A stretch of 64,000 nt of DNA from NCBI GenBank assembly GCA_003599755.1, contig QZJO01000009.1, positions 22,140-86,139 of the forward strand. The letters are read 5' to 3'. Shown piece after piece: positions 57,813-64,000 of this stretch. Position 1 is the stretch's first letter. Every line of letters starts with the position of its first letter. A program made the translations under genes and the position numbers. The notes beneath the pieces were generated by a model. That model did not search any database. It had not been told where the DNA came from and worked only from the letters and a program-made list of their open reading frames with translations. Source of the DNA: Candidatus Parcubacteria bacterium (GTDB lineage: Bacteria > Patescibacteriota > Minisyncoccia > Sungbacterales > SURF-37).

Positions 57813-60800
57813 CTATGGCCCCGCTTCTTCGGGAACGAGGTCGAAGGCGGGATCGCGGGTCCCCGCAACGCCGCTTTCCCAGATGGCAGTATTATTATCT
57901 TCGTTCTGTTCAGCAACTTTATTATCCGGATCTATGCGCACCGTGAGCGGCAACTGGCGGACTTTGCCCGTGAGGCGCTTCATCTGGCCCGGCTCCAATT
58001 TCGACAAATTCACCCGCTTCGGGGAGAGCGAACCTTCGCGGATCTCGATGACTGTTGACGGCGATGCAACCGATCCGCGATTTGCAACCCACACTTCGTA
58101 GAAGAAGTCGCCTTTTTTCGAAAATACTTGCAAGCTTTCTATCGCCAGATCGGGGCCCTCCACGCTGGCTACGTACGCGAAGTCCTCGCCAATCGTGCCG
58201 GCGGCGCTCTGTACTTCCAAACGAAGGATGTATGGCCGGGTATCGGGGAACAGCTTGGGTTCGAGCTTCAAGAATACGCCGTCGGCGGGAAGCGCGGTTC
58301 CTTGCGCCAGCTGCTTCCATGTCCGCGATCCGGTGAAACCGCTCGCCGGCGTCGAAGATACGCGCCACTCAACAAGTCCCTCGACGTCGAAATCCGCGCG
58401 CAGCGAAGCGGTCCGCGTGTTCTCGAGAGGTTGAATCTCTACGGCCGGCCAGACCGCTCCTCCGAGCACGGCAAGGATATCCAAGAATCCGGAGCCTTGG
58501 GAAATCTCGTTTTGCGCAAGCACCGATGCAGAGCCCCTCAGCGCCGCCTTCACCTGGGCAGGCGACCAATCGGGATGCGCGCCGATGAGTAATGCCGCCG
58601 CACCCGCAACGTGCGGCGTAGCCATGGATGTCCCGGAAAGCGCGACATGCTGCGGCCCGCAGTTTGGAGCGTACCCAGCGGTTGCGGCCGCGCAGATGGC
58701 GACGCCCGGGGCGGCGATGTCCGGCTTCATTAGGGAAAGGTTGTTCCAAAGCACGGGGCCGCGAGAGCTGAAGAGCGCAATGAGCTTGTCCTTGCCCGTA
58801 GCCGCGACCGTAATGGCATCCTTCGCCGATCCCGGCGTGCCGATGGACGAGGTCGCGGGTCCGTTATTGCCGGCGGCAACAACCACTACCGACCCCGCCG
58901 CAACAGCGGCATCCACGGCTTGGGCCATAGGATCCGACGGATTGCCGGAACCGCCCAAACTCAAGTTGATGACGTCGGCCGCATCCGAAAGGTCGCCGTC
59001 CTGGTTTGGATCCAGCGCCCGATTGATGCCGGCGATGACATCCGACCAGAATCCGGAGCCCGAATCATCGAGCACGCGGTACGCGAGAATCTTCGCGTCT
59101 GGGGCAACACCTTTCAGTGCGCCGTTGCCGGCGGCCGTTGCCGCAACGTGCGTGCCATGGCCGTTTCCGTCCATCGGGTCGCCGTCATTAGAAACGAAAT
59201 CATACCCGCCGATAACTTTCGTATTGAATTCGGGAGCTGAGATGATATAGGGATCAGACGGATTATAGGTATGACAGTAAATATCCGCCCCCATCGAAAG
59301 CATACACATTCGGTCTCCTTCGGCCTCGAAGTCGTAAGCCACTTTCGTGGTGTTCAGCAAGGCATACCGATCAAGGACTCGATCATACGCCACGATTGAC
59401 GTTATTTCATTAATATTTTTCGTGAAGTACACAAGATTTCCTTCCAGCTCCGCCCGGCTAATCCATTCGTAGAAGGAAAATCCGCTTGCGCCGAGCGTCG
59501 CACCCTCTGCGGCGCTCGAAAACTTCATCTCTTCGTGCACACCCGTGGTGACATTGTAACGATAATACGTATCCCATCGTTCCGTCGCCGGATCGCAAGC
59601 AACATAGAGAATCTCCTCGCCTACAGCGTCGAGCACGGGGCCTGCTTTCGGCGGATTGACCGTGCGCGTCTCGCCCGTCGCGAAATCGAATACAGATATA
59701 CCTGCAAAGCACAACGATGCGGGATTCGGCCAATACGCTTTATCGTTTGCGACCACGGGAGAAATGATATAGCCCCCGGTTTCGGCAACAATGGTTTCCT
59801 GATCCGCATCGATGTCGTAGGCGTATATCTTCAGGGAGCTGGTCGTGTCCTTCATCCGGCTATAGACAATGCGCCCATCATTAATGTCGATCGTGCTCAA
59901 TGCCGTCGCGGCTCCGATTTTTTTATGCGTTTGGGTGCCGCGGTTATACGCATATAGCGCCCCGTTCTGGAAGAACTGATCGGTCGCGAAATACGCGATA
60001 CTATCGCCCCGCATCACGACACGGTGCACTTTGTGACCCGCCTGCACCGGCGGGATGACTTCGGTCGCCCCCGTGGAAAACGAATACAGGTTCAAGCCGC
60101 CCGAGGAAAGATAAACGACCGCATCGCCATCCATATCAAATTGCTGGTCAACCCGGTATGACAGCGGAAATGCGGTCGCGATGGGCTCGGTCGTGATCTT
60201 CGTAAACGGACGATCCGATGAGGGCGACGCGCCAAGATCCGGATGCGTGTAATCTACGCCCGTATCCACGACCGCGATCGTCGTGCCCGCGCCGGTGTAC
60301 CCGGCAGACCAGGCCGCCGCAGCGCCAACCAGCGGCACCGAATCGCTCAACGCAGCTTTCACGATTCCGTTCGGCCATACCGTGAAGCCGGCATTTTGAA
60401 TGGCCGCTGCTTCCTCGGGCGTCGCTTCTATTGCAAACCCGTTAAATGCCGTCTCGAACGTCTGCTTGATCTTGGCTTTGGGCGCGCGAGCCTGGATGGC
60501 GCGCTCGCCCGCGAGACGATCCGCCGCGAGCGTAGCGCGATGCGCCGCCACGACGCTCTTCTTCAACGCCGTGAGCTCTTCGATACGGGCCCGCAACGAC
60601 TCTTTGGCGGCATCGTCCTCTGCTTTGGCCAATTCTTTTTTGAGATCTTTGATCTGGCGCTCGACTTCTCCCTGCTTCTCCGCAAGCGACGGACTCGCCA
60701 GCTTGACGATGTAGCGGGGGGATCCGGGCTCTGCGCTGCCGGCCGGCGCAAGCGGCATATCTTTAAATTTGGAAAGGTCGCGAATGCCGAGCAGTCCTTT

Positions 60801-60953
60801 GTCGCGAATACTTGCAGTCAGGCGAACATCGCCTTCGGATGTTCCGGCAAATGACGTCACAATCGCCAAAAGAACCACCAACAACACCAGCCCCCACGTC
60901 TTCTTCGACTGCAGCCCCCGGTCAATCGCGTCTTGCATGCTCGTCATAGGCAT
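57813..60953 (-). CDS. S8 subtilisin-like protease with I9 propeptide, large insert and C-terminal CARDB-like domain
   Basis: VVDTGVD, HGTHVA, AAGN, SGTSMATPHVAG; PDLAI...IDPDNKVAEQNEDNN. Confidence 0.9.
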   Translation of the reverse strand: MPMTSMQDAIDRGLQSKKTWGLVLLVVLLAIVTSFAGTSEGDVRLTASIRDKGLLGIRDLSKFKDMPLAPAGSAEPGSPRYIVKLASPSLAEKQGEVERQIKDLKKELAKAEDDAAKESLRARIEELTALKKSVVAAHRATLAADRLAGERAIQARAPKAKIKQTFETAFNGFAIEATPEEAAAIQNAGFTVWPNGIVKAALSDSVPLVGAAAAWSAGYTGAGTTIAVVDTGVDYTHPDLGASPSSDRPFTKITTEPIATAFPLSYRVDQQFDMDGDAVVYLSSGGLNLYSFSTGATEVIPPVQAGHKVHRVVMRGDSIAYFATDQFFQNGALYAYNRGTQTHKKIGAATALSTIDINDGRIVYSRMKDTTSSLKIYAYDIDADQETIVAETGGYIISPVVANDKAYWPNPASLCFAGISVFDFATGETRTVNPPKAGPVLDAVGEEILYVACDPATERWDTYYRYNVTTGVHEEMKFSSAAEGATLGASGFSFYEWISRAELEGNLVYFTKNINEITSIVAYDRVLDRYALLNTTKVAYDFEAEGDRMCMLSMGADIYCHTYNPSDPYIISAPEFNTKVIGGYDFVSNDGDPMDGNGHGTHVAATAAGNGALKGVAPDAKILAYRVLDDSGSGFWSDVIAGINRALDPNQDGDLSDAADVINLSLGGSGNPSDPMAQAVDAAVAAGSVVVVAAGNNGPATSSIGTPGSAKDAITVAATGKDKLIALFSSRGPVLWNNLSLMKPDIAAPGVAICAAATAGYAPNCGPQHVALSGTSMATPHVAGAAALLIGAHPDWSPAQVKAALRGSASVLAQNEISQGSGFLDILAVLGGAVWPAVEIQPLENTRTASLRADFDVEGLVEWRVSSTPASGFTGSRTWKQLAQGTALPADGVFLKLEPKLFPDTRPYILRLEVQSAAGTIGEDFAYVASVEGPDLAIESLQVFSKKGDFFYEVWVANRGSVASPSTVIEIREGSLSPKRVNLSKLEPGQMKRLTGKVRQLPLTVRIDPDNKVAEQNEDNNTAIWESGVAGTRDPAFDLVPEEAGP

Positions 60954-61037
60954 ACGTTATTCGCGCATCGTGCGGAAAATGGGTGATATCTTATCATGTA
61001 CCGATACATGGTTATAGTCAATGAATGCGTTAACCGC

Positions 61038-62030
61038 TCATAACGGTTGCGGGGCATAGCCGTCCGGAGCATGAAGAAGATACTGCTCAAGCGCTTCGCG
61101 TTTCAAGAGGCCCGCGCGGGCGCCGATACCCTGCACCACGGACATGGAATTGACCGGTCCCCAGCGCAGCGCCTCCGTAAACGGCTTGCCGAGCGCAAGC
61201 GCGGCAACGATAGTTGAAGAAAACGCGTCCCCCGCGCCCGTTCGCGATACCGGCGGCTTAGGATCGGGGTAGACCGGCATGGACCAATATTTGTCTTCGA
61301 AGTCGCGGGCATACGCGCCGTCCGGGCCATCGGTAATGCACACGGCTTTCGGACCGAGCGCATGAATGCCGTCGAGTAATTTTTTGATATCCGATTCCTC
61401 GGTGCCGAGAATCCGCTGCGACTCCTCTTTATTGCAAAAGAATATCTCGGTCCTCCGATAGATACGGGAAAGCGCGTCGATGCCCATTTTCATTTGAAAC
61501 GTGCCGGGCTGGAATGCGAACTTGACGTCCGGATGCGACTCGAAATAATCCGCGAGCGCATCGTGGAATTTCGCGGCATGCTCGCCGAGCGATGACAAAT
61601 ACACCCAATGCGGCGAACCGATATCCGGCAGGCGGTAATCGAATTCCTCGTGCTTGATGAGGATCGTACGGTCGTCCTTATACCAGAGCACGTAATGGTA
61701 GTTGGTTTTCTTTCCCGCGTGCACGGCGATGAATTCGGTGCTCATGCCCTCGCCGGCAAGCGATTCGATAATTTCTTTGCCATGCGCATCATCGCCCACG
61801 TTCGATACGAACGCCGTCTTGAGACCAAGGCGCGCCGCGGTTGTGGCGGCATTCGCGCTGTTGCCTACCCCGGGAACCACATAGACGTTCTCATAGGGAA
61901 TTTTATCGCCGAAGCGCATGCATAATTCGCGCCGCTCCTGGCTAATGGTTACTCGGGCCGAGTCCAGCTTGAGCCGAATAAACGCGTCCGTGACCGTATC
62001 GCCGATACTGACAAAATCGTATTCGGTCAT
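61038..62030 (-). CDS. PfkB family carbohydrate kinase
   Basis: GNSANAA..ARLG, NKEE, TGAGDAF. Confidence 0.9.
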   Translation of the reverse strand: MTEYDFVSIGDTVTDAFIRLKLDSARVTISQERRELCMRFGDKIPYENVYVVPGVGNSANAATTAARLGLKTAFVSNVGDDAHGKEIIESLAGEGMSTEFIAVHAGKKTNYHYVLWYKDDRTILIKHEEFDYRLPDIGSPHWVYLSSLGEHAAKFHDALADYFESHPDVKFAFQPGTFQMKMGIDALSRIYRRTEIFFCNKEESQRILGTEESDIKKLLDGIHALGPKAVCITDGPDGAYARDFEDKYWSMPVYPDPKPPVSRTGAGDAFSSTIVAALALGKPFTEALRWGPVNSMSVVQGIGARAGLLKREALEQYLLHAPDGYAPQPL

Positions 62031-62038
62031 GGCGGTAA

Positions 62039-62671
62039 TTATAATTCGCTGCTAATCGTAAATGCCTTACGGTCCACGGCAAAAGGTATGCCGTCTTGGC
62101 TGACAAGCATCAGTTCCAAAACATATGCGCCTTCAGCCAGCGGCGCGCCGTCCCATTCTGCGGGCACCGTCCATGCAAACTGACCGGCTGAGGCCTGCAC
62201 GTATCCATCGTCGAGCAGCGCTTGGCGATGCAGTGGATCACAGCGGAATCCGCCGGTGCCGCGCGGCGCGCACGCGGAGGCCGGATATGCCGCGATACGG
62301 ACGCGATACAACACGCGCGGCACTGCCACGGCCGCGGCATCGTTGGGCGGCCGGAAATCCCATGCGATGATCCGTTCCTCGCCCGGCCGCCACACCGCCG
62401 TGCTTGCCGGCTCCACAATACGAACCGGGCGCGCAAGCGGGGCCCCGTCCTCGGCCGGAGCTATCGGGTTGCGATTCGCGGCACCGGTAATGGCAACCGC
62501 GACCAATACCGCCCCGAGGATGCTTGCCCAAGCGAGCCCATTGCTGACGCGCACGGACGGCGCGAACAAATGAAATTCGCGATGCAGCTGCGATGCGGAT
62601 GAAGTGATCGTCCGCATCGAAGGAGGCGGCGGGGCCTTGGGCGGAGGTGGCGGGATTGCGGGCTTATTCAT
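62039..62671 (-). CDS. Hypothetical membrane-anchored protein (Ig-like ectodomain)
   Basis: Pro-rich N-terminus, one TM, beta-rich C-terminus (W..P...G.Y.L). Confidence 0.65.
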   Translation of the reverse strand: MNKPAIPPPPPKAPPPPSMRTITSSASQLHREFHLFAPSVRVSNGLAWASILGAVLVAVAITGAANRNPIAPAEDGAPLARPVRIVEPASTAVWRPGEERIIAWDFRPPNDAAAVAVPRVLYRVRIAAYPASACAPRGTGGFRCDPLHRQALLDDGYVQASAGQFAWTVPAEWDGAPLAEGAYVLELMLVSQDGIPFAVDRKAFTISSEL

Positions 62672-62678
62672 AAAGACA

Positions 62679-63683
62679 TCATTTTCGCTTGATCGCGCGT
62701 TCTGCCGCCTGTCGGATGTGATTGACGCCCATGCCGAAATGCTCGATCAGTTCGGAAGGTGAACCCGATTCGCCGAAGCGGTTTTGCACGCCGATAAACT
62801 CCATCGGCACCGGATGCCGCTGTGCCAATAGCTCGGCCACGGCGGAGCCCATGCCGCCGGTTATCTGATGCTCTTCGACGGTGACGATCGCACCCGCGTC
62901 GCGGGCTGCGGCGACGACTGCCTGCTCGTCCATCGGTTTGATCGAGACCGCATTGAGTACGCGGACTTTGATGCCCGCGTGCTCCAGCTCGGCGGCGGCG
63001 AGCACGGCGTTATGCACGAGCGGGCCGCAGGCGACGATTGCAACATCCGGCTTCGTGTTCGGCGGCTCCACCCAAAATACTTGAGCCTTGCCGATGGCAA
63101 ATGGTGTGCCCGCGGTCGTAAACACCGGCGTCTTTTCCCGCGCGAATCGAACGTAGCAGGGATTCTTCGCGTTCGCGACGGCGATCGTCACCTTCTCCCC
63201 TTCTCCCATGTCGCAGGGCGCAAACACGAACATGTTCGGAATCGGCCGCATGATGGCGATGTCTTCAATAGCCTGATGCGTCGCGCCGTCCGGGCCCACC
63301 GATACGCCCGCATGCGAACCGATAACTTTCACGTTCTGTTCGTTGTAGCAAATGGTCGTGCGGATCTGCTCCCAATTCCGGCCGGGTGAGAACATCGCGT
63401 ACGAAGTAATGAACGGGATTTTGCCCATCGCCGCCATACCCGATGCGACAGCCGCGAGATTCTGCTCCGCAACGCCCATTTCCACGAACCGGTCTGGATA
63501 TTTTCTCGCGAACGGCTCCATGCGGGTGGATTCGGTCAGATCCGCACACAACCCAACTATTTCTGGAGAATCATCCGCCGCTTTAACCAGGCCCGCACCA
63601 AAACCCTCGCGCGTGGGCTTTTGCTCAAGCGCCTTCAAATCCAGCACATTTTCGACTAGCCGGGCCGACGGATTCGCGGGCAT
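62679..63683 (-). CDS. Transketolase C-terminal subunit (split transketolase)
   Basis: ADLTES, MGVAEQN, GPDGATHQ, VTVEEH, FGESG. Confidence 0.93.
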   Translation of the reverse strand: MPANPSARLVENVLDLKALEQKPTREGFGAGLVKAADDSPEIVGLCADLTESTRMEPFARKYPDRFVEMGVAEQNLAAVASGMAAMGKIPFITSYAMFSPGRNWEQIRTTICYNEQNVKVIGSHAGVSVGPDGATHQAIEDIAIMRPIPNMFVFAPCDMGEGEKVTIAVANAKNPCYVRFAREKTPVFTTAGTPFAIGKAQVFWVEPPNTKPDVAIVACGPLVHNAVLAAAELEHAGIKVRVLNAVSIKPMDEQAVVAAARDAGAIVTVEEHQITGGMGSAVAELLAQRHPVPMEFIGVQNRFGESGSPSELIEHFGMGVNHIRQAAERAIKRK

Positions 63684-63685
63684 GG

Positions 63686-64000
63686 TCAGTAAAAACGAAG
63701 TGTCGTAAGTACAGTATCGAACAACTCTAAGCACCCTGGGCACTTTCGCGTGTCAGTAATTCTCATGCCGACATAAACAGCAAAGTCTCTATCCTTAGAC
63801 GCTACTAAGAACTCTTCAACGTCTTGGAAATTGCACGGATTATCCCACTCTGCTGGGGTCGGACACCCCCTTATATACCATCGCAAAGCCTCGTGCCCCG
63901 CAAATTGTGTCATAGCATGTGGCCGCTCATCTATCCAAGCTTGAAACGAGCCACCATCTTGAAAGTCAAGTATACCAAACGAAAGATGGTTCCCTGAATT
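63686..64000 (-). CDS. Hypothetical protein (3' part; frame open to the window edge)
   Basis: No stop from 64000 to 63686; AT-richer than neighbours. Confidence 0.5.
   Translation of the reverse strand, partial: NSGNHLSFGILDFQDGGSFQAWIDERPHAMTQFAGHEALRWYIRGCPTPAEWDNPCNFQDVEEFLVASKDRDFAVYVGMRITDTRKCPGCLELFDTVLTTLRFY

Overview
This is a bacterial chromosomal window, probably from a Patescibacteria/CPR (Parcubacteria-like) genome. That placement is inferred from the short EF-Ts and RF1, the cupin-type glucose-6-phosphate isomerase, the split transketolase and the secG-SBP neighbourhood. Core blocks: groEL/groES with a CIRCE site, uvrA/uvrC, secG, rnj, trpS, a reduced dcw cluster (mraZ-rsmH-ftsL-like-PBP-galU-murF), rpsB-tsf, rpmE-prfA, rplY, sugar-metabolism genes and four tRNAs (Leu-CAG, Glu-CTC, Tyr-GTA, Thr-TGT). 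About 24-49.3 kb is accessory. (i) Small gene modules, including two TA pairs, are separated by five copies of a 28-bp 11-6-11 palindrome. (ii) An AT-richer defence island carries a Dam-type MTase with a ParB/HEPN-like partner, an MmeI-like RM enzyme and a LexA-like gene with a 2TM partner. (iii) An array of self-contained expression units shares one promoter motif, one terminator motif and RBS-sequestering leaders. One of these units has no credible ORF and folds into a ~450-nt multi-stem RNA. Two tRNA loci also carry partial duplications broken at tRNA loops. All calls come from reading the sequence by eye; no database searches were run.
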